From the NCBI GenBank assembly GCA_025786725.1, contig JAHLTZ010000054.1:1-64000 (forward strand): 64,000 nt of DNA. Reading direction: 5' to 3'. A program made the position numbers and the translations under genes. This DNA comes from Syncephalis fuscata S228. Taxonomy: Eukaryota > Fungi > Zoopagomycota. The notes under the pieces are model-generated. The model had not been told where the DNA came from. It was given only the letters and a program-made list of their open reading frames with translations, and did no database searches. Of this stretch, positions 24,111 through 37,640 are shown one piece after another (position 1 is the first letter of the stretch; each line of letters starts with the position of its first letter).

Positions 24111-27003
24111 TTAGCGTCGACCACCTCGCACCACAAGACCAACATTAATTGTATCGCCATCATTTAAGTTGTAATAAGCAAGGCTAAATTGCGGCTTCAT
24201 CACCGATCCATTAGGGCCACCGGCTGGACAGGTAAGCTTTTGTCGATTGGCCGGAACGTCAAACAATGCTGAAATACGATCGCGTAAATCACCGACTGAC
24301 ATTGTCAATCAATATTCTGTAGCTTATGTGATTGACCAGTAAGTTTACCATCTGACTTCTCAGGCATATTAACAGCTTGTAGTGTAATGGTAATTGGCGA
24401 CTATAATACAGAAAGTGTTAATAAATGAATTTGTTGATAGTAAGCTTATTAATAAACCTACCTCGTGTGTATTCATCCATTCTTCAGCGGGAATGAATTT
24501 ACCCTCCACGCGTATCTTCTTATTTGTCGGTTCCTCTTCATGCTGTGCTTCCTCGGCTGGACGACCGTTCATATAGTCGTTTGTATGTAGTGTTGATTGA
24601 GGCATATGTGGTGACATATGATGCATCATACCCGAAGGCATGGGTGGTGGCGGCGGCATAGGAGGCATAGCACCATGAGGTACAGAAGGTGGTGGTGGTG
24701 GCGGCATATTACCATAAGACATAGGTGGTCCTTGAGAATAGCCATAAGGTGCACCAGGCATACCATGTCCAGGTGCTGTTGGTGGTGGCGGTGGGGGCAT
24801 TGTATTCTATTACAAATAAATAAGTAAATCACTGTCAATCAATCAAACAATCTTTATTTAATAATAACTTACCACCATTGTACCAGGATTGCCATAATTA
24901 CCACCATGAGGTCCAATGCGATTAGTTTCTTCCCTATTATAGATATTATTAATAAAAATGAAATATGTACTAATGGCTAGCTAACTTACACCATCATCTT
25001 ATTACGCTGAATAGCGGCCATTTGCTCGTCGATTGACATACCAATTGCTGCACGTTCATTAACTGCTGGTATACTGCCTGAATGTCCATCCCAAATGACC
25101 TTTTGTTTCTCGGCTGCCTTTAAGCGTTCTCGGTCTTGCATTACCTTTTGACCGATACCCACTTCATCTGTACCAAAAATATCTGATCGATAACCAGAAA
25201 TATTTTTTAAATACTTATTGATTTCTGAACCTGTATGAATGTATTAGTATCCATATTAATGTACAATTACATATATATATATAATTTCTTACCTTCCATT
25301 TGCAAGTTACTTTCACGGTTCTTTGCTTCGGCTGCTTGTTTCTGCTCCTTCCATCGTGGATCCAATAGTTCAATACGAACGTGTTCCTCAATCTCAGATA
25401 CAGGAATGGCTTTACGACAAAGTTGACAAATCTGAGTAGGCTCGTTAACTTTTGGTCCACCTGCGGCCAATCGAGCTATTAAATAAATGGTAGATTAAAC
25501 ACAATGATGAATTAATTAGTTCAATAATTGGTATTATATATATATATAAAATAACTACCTTTTGGGTTGTAATCTTTGACAATCTTCATTTTAGCTGACA
25601 TGTCAGGTTTTTTCTGTGTAGCTGGCATGGTTGGCTGTGCCATATCCTCAGCATCCGACTCGACCATATCCTCTTCAACCTATATTCATTAACGTCATTA
25701 TAGTAGCAAATTACTAAATAGCTAGCTATACTTACATCCATGCCATCATCGCCATTATTTTCGTCATCGTGTTTTGAAACAGTCGGTATCATGGCAGCCA
25801 ATCGTCGTTGTTCAAGTGTCATGTTCTCCAAGTCGCGTAGATTCAATGGCATTGGTAGATTGCTTTCTTCGTCAGCTTCTGTGAATTCAATTGTCTCTAC
25901 CACAACAAAATCGTGCCAGTCAATCGACAAAAATGCCACTATTGGTCATTATAATTAGTTAGTTGATTACATTGGTATAATCTGTGCCATGGTAATATAC
26001 CTCGTTCTTTCTCGGCCTCATCTTCAGCCTTTTTACGCTCTGCTTCTACATAAGCAGCATAGCTAACTCGTTCCATAACTCGATTCATTAACTATATTTG
26101 CCAATAAATTAATAATCTGTATCTAATAATACAACCATTTCCAATAAACATGCTTACCTGATGCTTATTATTAGCAAATTCATCTACATGTTTTTGTAAA
26201 CTACTGGACGGCATTAGTACTTTTGAGTATTGTTCGACCAGTTGGTTAAAGTATGGGAATAGACTGTGACTCGGTCTTAGGAAATCGAACTGATAATTAC
26301 GTTGTTCGCGCTGTGCTAACGAGTTAACAAATTGACGGCCATTACGGGCTACAAATTGGGCCGTTAACTTAATAATATCCCTATAATTAATCGATTAGTT
26401 AGCTTGTCAAACATTTCTATTGGTATTATTTAAATTTATTACTTACAAATCCTGTGCTGACAATGTTGGAATTATTGCAGAAAATTGATAAGCTGCTGGT
26501 TCTTTAGGAGGTGCACGGCGTTTTGCTGCTGTCTCTTGTGCACGATCTACATCGTCTCCAGTTGCTCCAGAACCACCAGCCACACTTTCCGGCTTTAATT
26601 CTAGTATAATTTAATAGCGTTACTACATCATAATAGACTAGTAACATATATCCTGCCTACCTCTTCCTGCTTGTATTTCCTCGATACAATGCTGATAATA
26701 AGGGTGATATGGGTCATCAGGTCGAAGAAAACAAAACTTTGGATTACTACGCTCGTTATCCCGAATACGCTCTTCAAACTGAAGACCGTTACGCGCCACA
26801 AACGTCGCCGTTTTATCAACAATACCTATCCAGGTGTAAATATAGTATGTCTAGCTCATTGAGTTGAATCTATCACACTTACTTCTAATCTCTGGCGGCG
26901 GCAACACTAACCCCGTTGTAGGCTTGCCATTGCTACTCGATCCACGACCAATTGTCGGGATCTCTGCCGATCCCGTGGTAATAATATCCAACTGGGCCGA
27001 CAT
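24111..27003 (-). CDS. PRP21: Splicing factor 3A subunit 1 (two SURP domains, PRP21 domain, Pro-rich region, C-terminal ubiquitin-like domain)
   Basis: PPPEIR..VDKTATFVARNG, IIKLTAQFVARNGRQF, FDFLRPSHSLFPYF, IDWHDFVVVETIEF, HVRIELLDPRWKEQ, SLAYYNL; one 1-nt deletion at ~24308. Confidence 0.96.
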
Positions 27004-27261
27004 GATAAGAATATAGATAGATAGATAGAGATAGAAGGGTAGAAGACAAGTAATCAAAGTGCGACGGAATCTACTGATTGTAAAACCGTGCAATAAAATA
27101 GATTTTAAATTTCTAACTAATTAGTTAGTTAATTAACAATTTATTTATTATTTGTTCAAATTATAAACCATCGCTTTACTTTTAAAATATATTAATATAT
27201 TACTTTCATCTATTTAACATAATTGACTGCAATATCATTTAATTTATTGTTATAATCATTT

Positions 27262-27755
27262 CTATCCTTTCCACGCTAATAATGTAGGAACATATTGAAG
27301 TAATAGAGCCATAATGGCAAATCTAGTTATACAGATTAATACCGTTACTTGAAATACAAACTCGCCGTTATTTCACTTCTATTCTACTTACAATAGACTA
27401 GTAAATGCCTGCATGCCCATGCCCATATCGCGTGTGCTAGTTTTCTCGTTCATAAGACCAAGAATACAGCAGAATAAACCGCCCCAGGCTGCCCATTTAT
27501 GCTATTCAATCCTATGTTCAGTATTGAATACCAATGTAAAATAAATAACTTACGCGTAATATAGCCGCTATCATGCCTACAGTTATTTAATAAATATATA
27601 TTGTCTTTTACAAGTAGAGCACGCTTACTTAGTATCATACCAAGGAATCCATAATAGTCGGGATCGACATCTTCGGGATCAATTTTTGGCTGATGGTACT
27701 TTACAATCGCTTCTGGCCGACGTGGATCCGCGACCGATCCGGTAGAACGACGCAT
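27262..27755 (-). CDS. PAT complex subunit Asterix (UPF0139/WDR83OS)
   Basis: DPRRP..IVKY..P, DYYGFLGMIL, KWAAW..LFCC, small 3-TM protein. Confidence 0.88.
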
Positions 27756-28328
27756 ATTGACCTATTGAGGCGAGAGATGACGCGTACAATACGACTGACG
27801 TGAGGAGGAGGATCGCCTTGTTATAAGAACAGAACAAAGAAAGAAAGAAGCACCGAAATAAGTAGGTAATACAATACTGTGTATTTTGAATGGTGATAAG
27901 GGCGATTTGAACAGCTAAATGTCTGTATGTACACCAATAGTTGTTGTAGTCAATGAACAATTCCACCATTAACAGTCGCATATTCAGCACAGACAGACAA
28001 TGATGACGTATAACTAATTACACAAAAAGGACATACGGCAGATAATAAATGCCACGTCATGCCTTGTATATGGCTATATTTGTGTGCTATATTATACTAA
28101 CATATTCTATCGATGGCGTGATAGCGTGTTAAGGCATATCATAGGTACCTGCTGTGTTGTGCATTAATGCTGGGGAATAAAATCCCGTTTAATATTTAAC
28201 TAGTAATATTTTCTCTTTTATCTCACGCTCCTTCATTTTCTATCAGAATACTGGGCTTTTGTCACTACCACTACTACCACTGCTTGCACCTACTCTATCC
28301 CCAGTTCACTATTACTCTAGTGTCTATT

Positions 28329-29245
28329 ATGAGCCAACCAGATCTTGCCCGTACAGAGAATGGCCATTACAGCAATGGCAGCGAGACAACTGAAAATGGT
28401 CAGTCCATAAACAAACACACCAAGGAACAGCCACCGGTGCCAGCCATTCCGCATATTAACTCTCATCCGATCAACCGGGTTGACTCGCCTATCGAGATTG
28501 ATGGACTAAGCTGGCCCAGTAAGTATACTACTACTATTTTACAGTTATACAATATGCCTAATGTGCCGTCAATTTAGGTATTGGTACTCGACAGCGTCGC
28601 AGTGAGGCAGCCTCTGAAAATCAAGAGCGCATGCAGAAGCTTTCTGGAGCCGTACGCACTCTTCTTGAATGCATCGGTGAAGATCCAGACCGCGAAGGTC
28701 TGTTGCGTACGCCAGAACGTTATGCCAAGGCTTTAATGTTTCTGACCAAGGGATACGAACAGAATATTAAAGAAGTCGTTAATGACGCTATCTTTAACGA
28801 GGATCACCGTGAAATGGTACTGGTGAAAGATATTGATATATTTGCGCTATGTGAACATCATATGGTGCCATTCTACGGCAAAATTCATATTGCATACATT
28901 CCTAATAATCGAGTGGTCGGCCTCAGCAAGCTAGCACGTATTGCGGAAATGTTTGGCCGTCGTTTGCAAGTACAAGAACGCATGACTAAGCAAATTGCAT
29001 CAACGCTGTTTGAGTTGTTGCAGCCTCAAGGTGTTGCTGTTGTTATGGAAGCAACGTAAGTAGCTATTTACTGTATACATTTAATGTAGATAATTAACTA
29101 TTTATACCCATTTATTAGACATATGTGTATGGTAATGCGTGGTGTACAGAAGCCTGGCAGCAAGACAGTCACAAGCTGTATGTTAGGCGCTTTTCTTGAT
29201 AATCCTAAAACTCGAGAGGAATTTTTATCGCTTATTAAGAATTAG
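28329..29245 (+). CDS. FOL2: GTP cyclohydrolase I
   Basis: [60 protein letters not shown]. Confidence 0.98.
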
Positions 29246-30450
29246 CTTTTATAATGTAATACAAATGGTTTGCTTTTATACACCTTATGACTATTTATTG
29301 TTCTTAATTGAATTGGAAAGCGTGCCAGAATGACGCGTGGATGTTGGGCAAAATCATGCCATAACCAGACATGGCAGCCTAGCTTCTCAAGTAGTGTTTT
29401 TATAGGTGCTACTTGGTGTGCACCACCAATTTCCATGACTAACTGAGGAATAGGCTCGACCGATTGTTGTTGTTTAGATGGATCTACGCGTGATGATGAT
29501 GATGCAGATATAGTATCGTTACGTAATAGCTGCGGTGCAAGTTGAATAATTAAAGAGTAAAATGAAATGGCTAATGAATCAATTGGTGCAATAGTCGTTT
29601 TTAATGGCGATGGAACTAAAGCATCTCGATCTTCCCAATCGCGTACTTCTGGAGCAAGATCTGAATATTCGGTCTGTGTAATGTAAGGAGGATTTGAAAC
29701 AATAATATCGTATCCAGGTCCAGTTGTAACCTCTTCTTTACTCGGTATTATTAGCTGTTGTAATTGTGTAGCTGTATTTGTATTTCGTAAATCTAATTGT
29801 GTAAATGTTATTTGATTATTACGTAACAATGAGTGGTGCAGATCGTAGTTTTGACGGGCTAGCTCAATAGCTATAGATGATTTATCAACACCTATTAATT
29901 CACTGCTCTGTACTGGCAAACTACTGGCCAATCCCAGAGCAATACAGCCTGTGCCTGTACATAAATCAAGGATACGTAATGGTTTTCTATTATAGTTACT
30001 AGAAGATGTCGAGTGTTGTCCTAGACGCTTGGATAACATGGTGGCCAGACGATCGGTCCATTCTTCGGTCTCTGGACTGAATTATCAACATTAATACTAA
30101 ATAATAAATTTGCTATTTGCTATTTACCGCGGAATTAGAATAGGTGGTTGCACGCGTAATTCAAGATTAAGGAATGGCTGTGTACCAAGAATATATTGAA
30201 GTGGTTTACGTAGAACAATACGGTCGTATAATAAATGGCGCATTCGTTTTAGCACTACGCGTGGTGAACTAGTAGGACACTGAACCGAAGCAATTCGCGT
30301 TGTTGCTTTTGCATGTTGTTGTAGCCAACGCCATTCAGAGCGTGCCGTATGCTGATCGCCACAAACCGTTTGTAGTCGGCCCAGCAAACGACGTGCACTG
30401 TCCCGTTGAACGATGGACACAGTAGCGCGACGTAGAACAAGGCGTGGCAT
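29242..30450 (-). CDS. MTQ1: HemK/PrmC-type release-factor glutamine methyltransferase (mitochondrial)
   Basis: [41 protein letters not shown]. Confidence 0.9.
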
Positions 30451-30841
30451 GAATATCAATAGAAAATGCAAGACAATAAAGTTATAATCTATTTTATTTT
30501 ATTTTATTTAGTATTTTTTATTTATAACAAAAATCACTAATGACTTAGTTCTGTGTTTAATGTATTTATGATGCCTTTATAGTGCAATCATTTGATGAAT
30601 TAACAGTAGTAATTATGATACGTATTCAGTTGTTGTATTTTAGGACCGCAAACCATGTAATATTAAATATATCGCACTGTTTACAGAAGTTAAAGATAGT
30701 AACAAAATAAAAATAAGCTGGATATCTAATGTAACTGCTCATAATCCCAAAAGCATTACTTTTTATATAAAACTTATGTTTGGCATCAGCCATTTAACTA
30801 CGCACCATTTATTCAAATATATTTTGGTTGTTATAAATAAT

Positions 30842-32086
30842 TTATTTTATATTAACAAATCCCAGTAAAGCCATGACCTCATTTGAAATTGCACAGTCAT
30901 CATAATTGCTTGAAGATAGCAATGTCATGGCTTTTAAAAGAGGATATAATGATTTAATATGTCCCCAATTTTCAAACTTTAGTTGCTTCACCGTAAAGCG
31001 GAACCCACGACTGCGCATTTTAGCAAATTCACTCTTGATTATATTGTAAAGATCATCTTGGTCTAGTTTTATGTTTAGTTTTATACTATCTTTTCCAGTG
31101 ATTGCATAATAGATTAAATGGCTAAATCTGTAATCATCCGCCCAACAGCTTGAGCCAGATTTAAACGGTCCATTGAATTTTTTTGGTTGGGATAAAGCCA
31201 AGTTTACAACCTCATCGACACTTTGATACATAAACTTGACAACATCGTAATCAACAATGGTTACCAAAACCTTGTTGGTTTTTGGATTAGTATCGACAAC
31301 AATATCTAAAAGCAAATAGTTAGTATGTTGTCATCAAACGTCATACAGCTTACTTCTGCCAGCTACGTCACTGTGTATAATACCAACATGGCGTAAATAC
31401 AGCATACCTATATTTGATTATAGCCATCCATACTTTATTATTCAAATAGAATAAAAACTTACCTTGCATCAATTGATAGAATATCTGGGGCAAGTATTCA
31501 GCCTTTTCATGCAATGTTTTATCGCCAATAAAATTGTAGAATAGTTCGCCTGGTGCAAACGTGTAAATAAAGCAGCTGGCCTGTTTTATCCCAAAAATAT
31601 TCTTAATATTAAACCGCTTTAACGGTTTTATGATATTATTTTCTCCTGGAATATCCAGCTTATTGTTAACTCTGGCTAGTATCTAAATAATATATAAGTG
31701 GCCTGGTACTTTTAGTATAAATTACGCACTTACATCAAAAGCTTTGGTCTCAATTTTAGTTGTACGGCCATTTTTTACGCATTTAATAAAAGCATTGATT
31801 CCATTCCATTTTGTAGAACCAACACTTATTAATTTAGCTGCTGCTCTCCATTTAACTGGCGCTGTCAATCCATGCTTTTTTCGTGTTTCTGGATTATCTA
31901 AATAAATCTTCCCAACTCCATTAGGCATGATGCCAGCTATCAAACGTGTAGTGTGTTAACATTGATAATTACTATGCCCTATAGCTTACTGTTAGAGGCA
32001 CCATTTAAAGCATTGCATGTCGGTATAGTAGATAATAATATGGTTGTACAAACAGTGACAACAGTAAATATACCAGCCTTAATCAT
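30842..32086 (-). CDS. Secreted divergent protein kinase-like protein
   Basis: Exon 1 MIKAGIFTVVTVCTTILLSTIPTCNA (signal-peptide-like); later AFIKCV, IETKAF, QIFYQLMQGMLYLRHVGIIHSDVAGRNIVV, VTIVDYD. Confidence 0.8.
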
Positions 32087-32668
32087 ATTAAAAGCGGTAT
32101 TTTGCTGTTTGTGTTTCGTTTGAAGTAGTAAAAAAAATAGAGAAGTTTATAGAACCTTGAGGATAACCATTAGCGCTGTAGAGTTTATAGCCAACTGAAT
32201 AAAAATAATTTCAACTCAATTGGCTTTGGTCCACGTTGGATATTTCACTGATAAAGAACATAAATAGTAAATTAAAAGCATTGGTGTTGCTTTTTAAACT
32301 TAAACTGCTATTAAACGCAATACAACATGACGATTTAACCAAAATAAAACAATAATGCATCAATTGGGCATTTCCATTTTTGTTTACACCAACAACCCAT
32401 TCGATGTGTGTAGCCATGATAGTTTAAAAACTGGTGCGTTACTTATTTTTTGCACTTGTGCTAAAACTTCTATATTATGTCTAGAAAGAGCTATTTACTT
32501 TGAGTTTATACTTTTTATTTTCAAAAAAATATGGACCCAAACTCCACTTCAGTCAAATTCAATGCAAGTATTATAAAATACCAACAAGCTTTACTATATG
32601 TTATTTAAGATTAGTGTAATGTTAACAATATGTTTATTATTCTACTCCGAGTAGAATAGTTTGGTGGC

Positions 32669-33080
32669 CAAATAACTATATTTAATAAAATCCAATTTAT
32701 TGAACATGATGATGGACGGTGAATAACATTAATAATCAAAATACTTATTATCATAGATTTATTATCATAGATTATTATCAGGTTTAGTCATTTGACTATT
32801 AAATCACATTAAATTATTAATGATTTGTTTAATGTTTGCAAAAGAATGCTTATCATTATTTAATTAATAAATGAGATAATATGCAAGCCATAAATTGAAT
32901 GGCATTATACATATAGAAACTATGAATATATTGAAATACAAATGGAAGAATTGTTCAAATGGTGGGATAGAATAAACAGAAAACAATAAAGTAATTTATA
33001 GAACAATGTTATCAGTAAATCAATAAGCGTAATAAGAAGTATAGATAACAAACAATAGATACAAGCATAGTTATAGAACA
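32669..33080. mobile_element. Degenerate foldback/MITE-like element, copy C (internally deleted)
   Basis: Forward arm tccaatttattgaacatgatgatggacggtgaat directly abuts reverse arm tagtcatttgactattaaatcac; the right part repeats 21300-21620. Confidence 0.7.
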
Positions 33081-33290
33081 TGAAACAATCTACAACTTAT
33101 TTTACTTTCAAATTTATTTGCTACCTACTGGCACATATACACACAGTATTAGTGGCTATATATAGATGCAGATTTCAAAGATTGCCCCCAGTAATGCTGC
33201 CGTGTCACCATTTGACCACACTTTTATTGGATTAATGTAAAATTCTTGTTTGTCCACAATATTTCTGTTTATCATCTGCATCCGTGGAGC

Positions 33291-34928
33291 ATGACTACCA
33301 ATATGGAGACTGTGGAGACGCCACTCGAGACGGGCAGTCCACTCGAGGCCGCCGTCAAGATAGGCGAGGTGGATCGCAGTCGCCGAGAGGCTGTCTATGT
33401 ATTTGAATTTACGGTAAGGAAAATCAAATACGGTCCTAGACCGATAGAAGACGGTCATTCGACGTTGATAGCCAAGCAGTACCTAACGGAATTTGCTATG
33501 TTTATACGGATGCGACGTCTTTAGACCAATTTACGGCAGTATAAGGAGTTGTCGTATAACAATGTTCGCCGAGAATACAGCGAGTTTGCCCGGCTATACC
33601 AGCACTTAGTGGCCGCCTATCCCGGCTGTATAACGCCGACTCTGCCCTCGCCTCGGTCAAGCGCGACCGATAGCGATTGGAACGACAAAGAAATGTGCGC
33701 GGTGCTTGAGCTATTTCTTAGCCGTATTGTCGTGCATCCACTACTTTCCAAAGATGTTTTGTTGCAGCAATTCATCGAACAGGAGGCAACGGTAAGCACA
33801 ATGACCAATATCACTTTATATTACGTCATACTTTGTAGCAGTACTAACACACGTTGCTAATTCACAGTTTTCGCCGCCAGTAACTATGCAGGAGGTGCGA
33901 CGACGTCCAAATAAGCTATTTAGCAATTTAAAGGCTCGAGTGGCGGCCTTTAGTCCATCGCCGGCAACGCCTATTAAAACAAAGCAACTTCCTAGTGCCG
34001 ATGACCCACTTTATGACAAATTACAGAAGCAAGCAACTGGCACTGAGAAAGACATGTCGATGGGCAGTCGTGCTGTTGAGAAAATGGCTCAAATGCGAAG
34101 GGGGCTAGTTGTAGCTCATGTGGATGTGGCCTCCAAAACAGTGCATCTAGGCGGTGCCGAGTCTGATCCACTTTTAGCCAAGTGAGTAGGCAATAATGAC
34201 ATAGAATAATATTATTAATGGTGTCATTTATACAGCGGTTTAAGAAAACTTGGTAAATGTTTGCAAGAAATCGGCGATATACACCAGACACAAGTAAATA
34301 AGCACAATATTTATTAGACATTTAGCTATATCTTTTTTCTTAGGCGGATGTCGAAGCAGTTGTATTAGGCGACTTTCTTAATCATCAAATGCACGATGCA
34401 CACTGTATTTATGTAAGCTACTGTTCTTGGCATTCAGCTGTGCTTATTTGTCAATATAGGAAGTACTGGATAATCGGAAACAGTTATTTGAAGATCACTC
34501 AGTTGCGGTAGATCGGGTAGAGAAACGAAAACAAACGGTACAGCAACTCAAATCATCTGTAAATGTACGACAGGAGCGTGTAAACGATTCAGTGGCCGAA
34601 TTGGAAGAAGTAAGCTGTGTAGTCATATGGCCATTGCTGCCGTGAAGTTGAAGCAATCATTTAACACTTATTGACTATTTAGGCCGAACGTTATGAGCAG
34701 TTTGTCGAGCAGCAGTGTCGACGTGTAACAGAACAGCTACGACAAGAACTGGCACTGCATCAAAAGCACGCTCTAGACGATACACACAGGAGATTTCGTA
34801 GATATGCCAATGAACAGTTACGTCTGGAACGACAAATGCTGCATTCGCTACAGGATTTGGAGCCTGATATTCAGGCTATGTTTGAGCCTCTTGGATCACC
34901 GACAAGGCAGCCTGCCAGTCCGGCTTAG
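33291..34928 (+). CDS. PX-BAR sorting nexin, Vps17/SNX5-6-like retromer subunit
   Basis: TNLRQYKELSYNNVRREYSEFARLYQHL...PTLP, RIVVHPLLSKD..LQQFIE (PX), followed by a helical BAR region. Confidence 0.85.
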
Positions 34929-35103
34929 TTTTTGCGCATGACTTGTTGTTTTCCAATTTTTATTATTTCTTCCAAGCATGTGAGATGATTATAAATGCAA
35001 TATTGCACCGGATTTATTGGTCAAAATGATGATACAGATAAGAGATGAATGGGATATACAATGATAACGCTTGAGGTACAAATATACTAAAGTCAATACC
35101 AGG

Positions 35104-35917
35104 CTATACACAAACATACTGATTAACATTCATTATTGAAGGCAAATGACCCATCATATTCGGTGTACTAAACGGACTGGAATCCATATCAATGTTGATC
35201 GGCAATTGTTGTAGTAGTGCCTTCCACTCGTGGAGTGCTTTTTTAGAACCAACACGTAAAGTAATGTTGATGGATTTTGACTTTTTTAATATAATGCCAT
35301 AGGTTTTTGTGCCATTGAAGTGGGTGAACTTTACATTGAGTTCATTGAACTTTATACAATACTAAGTATTAAAGAAAGCAGTATAATATTAGATGCGACT
35401 GTTTTATCAAATGTTTATAATTGCTTACCTTTACTTTAAATGGTGCATTGAGTTTCTTTCGACGAATAAGAAAGATTCGATCTGAAAGTATGACGGCCAG
35501 TAAAGATTTCCATGTGGCGGACAGCGATTTATTTCGCATGTCAACAATGGACATGTGTATAAGCCGCTGTTGCGGTCCTACGAGTGGCTCGGTTAGACCG
35601 TCAATGCGCTGTTGTAGCATGGCTGCATGCTGGATATCGGCAATGCGTTCCATACTATTAGATGTTATTTATCATTATTATGTTAATGATGTGGAAATAT
35701 TACTTACGATGGCCAAAGCTGAACTATAATCTTCTCGAGTCGATCAAGGCATGAACCAATAAGTTTGGCAGTGCGTTTCTGTGCCAGTTGGCGGCTAATG
35801 GTGTAAAGACTGTGTAGATCTTCAGAAAGTCGCCAGAACCAGCTGACGTGTATAGAAAACAATAAAGATCTAATATCTTGATGATCATCTGGTGCTTTTG
35901 CTTCTAAAATCTAATAT

Positions 35918-35949
<32 letters not shown>

Positions 35950-37233
35950 TAGTAGTAGTAGTCGTTAGTAATAATTACAAATTAGTTCATATTTAAAAAC
36001 TTACTGTAATAGCCTTCTTAACCTTCTTGTCGCTATAAACCAAGTTTTCAAAATTTTGCAAAGACCACAAATGTGTAAGTGTGAATTCTTTATAAAAATA
36101 AGACAGTCTTTGAATCTATAATGGTACATTATTAATTACTGCAATTATATTAATTAATTTAATAATGACTTACCTGATGAACAACCTCTTCAAAATCTAT
36201 CTTTACAGGTGTTGATGCAAATGTTCTAATAAAGCAGAATGATTATTATAATTTATAATAATAATTTAACTACTTACGTTGCTTCTAATGCACTCGCCAG
36301 TTCTTTGTGCTCACGAATTAGTTGCGGCAGATGGCTAAACAATTCAGCAATTGTTTTATTGGCCGATTTTGATAGCTGCATCTTTTTGGGTAATTCATCG
36401 CGATGATTTAATGTAACGCCTTGTTTTACTAGCATTTGACCAAGTTCGACATTCTCTTGAGCATCTTTAATGGCCAGACTAAGTAATGGTCGCACATAGG
36501 CATCACGTAAAATTGAAAGCCGATGAGAAAAAGCAAGTTGAGATGCACCCATTTTACGAATAAGCGAGTTATGGTTCATTTGAGTTAATTTCCTTAGCGA
36601 ACTCTTTGTTGACAGGGATTTCAAACGAGCAACATTTGTATTACGGGCATGTAAAGCTATTCAGATAAACAGGTTAGATGGTTATTCGTAGTATTATTGG
36701 GTGTTTTATTTACCTTGAGACATGCGTCGCATGTACAGCGGATTTTTCTTATTGCTTTTAGTAGTTGCTTCTGGTTCATGGTCATCGCTAACACCACTGG
36801 TGTTTAAATAGAGTAAACCAGTTTTATCGAGTGGTGTCAATAAATGTTGCCAGCGCTCCGAGTCATTTCTTTCCTTATATTGGCGCTGGTTGGTTCGAAG
36901 TAGCTCAGCATTCTTAGCACCTAGCAAAGTAAGTGACGACGATGATGAAGATGGCGATCTGGTCGCTGTTGTTGTTGCTGCTGGTATTGGTGGTGGTGTT
37001 GCAGGCAAGTTTGGCATTTTCTCAAACGAGTCTTGAATCGCAGGTCGACTACGCTTCCGGATTCGCGGACCTGATGTCTCACTAGTAACGATGGAGCTAT
37101 CGGGAACAGCATCGGCAAGACTAAGCACTACCGATGCCATTTCGCCCCTATCGTACACATGAGTTCTAGTAGGAATAGGTCTAATAGTGTTACTGTTGTT
37201 GTTGTTGTTAATAGTAGCAGCAGCGGCCATCAT
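35104..37233 (-). CDS. Divergent DH-PH (RhoGEF-like) protein
   Basis: AFSHRLSILRDAYVRPL, ELFSHLPQLIREHKEL (DH-like); LVGPQQRLI, LAVILSDRIFL, W-containing C-terminal helix (PH-like). Confidence 0.7.
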
Positions 37234-37640
37234 AGGCAATGGCAAGTAAGGCAAAAATAAAAAGAAGAATGTATGAATAAACAATCCAATGGGCGGATGA
37301 ACGAAGTAGACCGGTTAGTTATGCCATAAAACATGGCTGCTCATGCTTTATAGTTCCATGCGTGAACTAACCGGTCTTTGTACAGTAGAATATGGTTCAT
37401 CATGTTGGTGTTGACACACGCGCCTATCCGTCGCATGCAAAGGTGACTGCTTTTGTCGCCGACCAAAGGATGAAACATTGGCCAATTGTGACTTGGCCAC
37501 GTGAAAACATGCAGCCATCGCATTATTTACATTGTACGCATTGCAACAATCAATATGATAATAATAGTGGCCAATGGCAATAATAATGGGAATTCAAGTC
37601 AATTAATCGTTTATTATGGTCGATTCGGAGATTTATGTGA

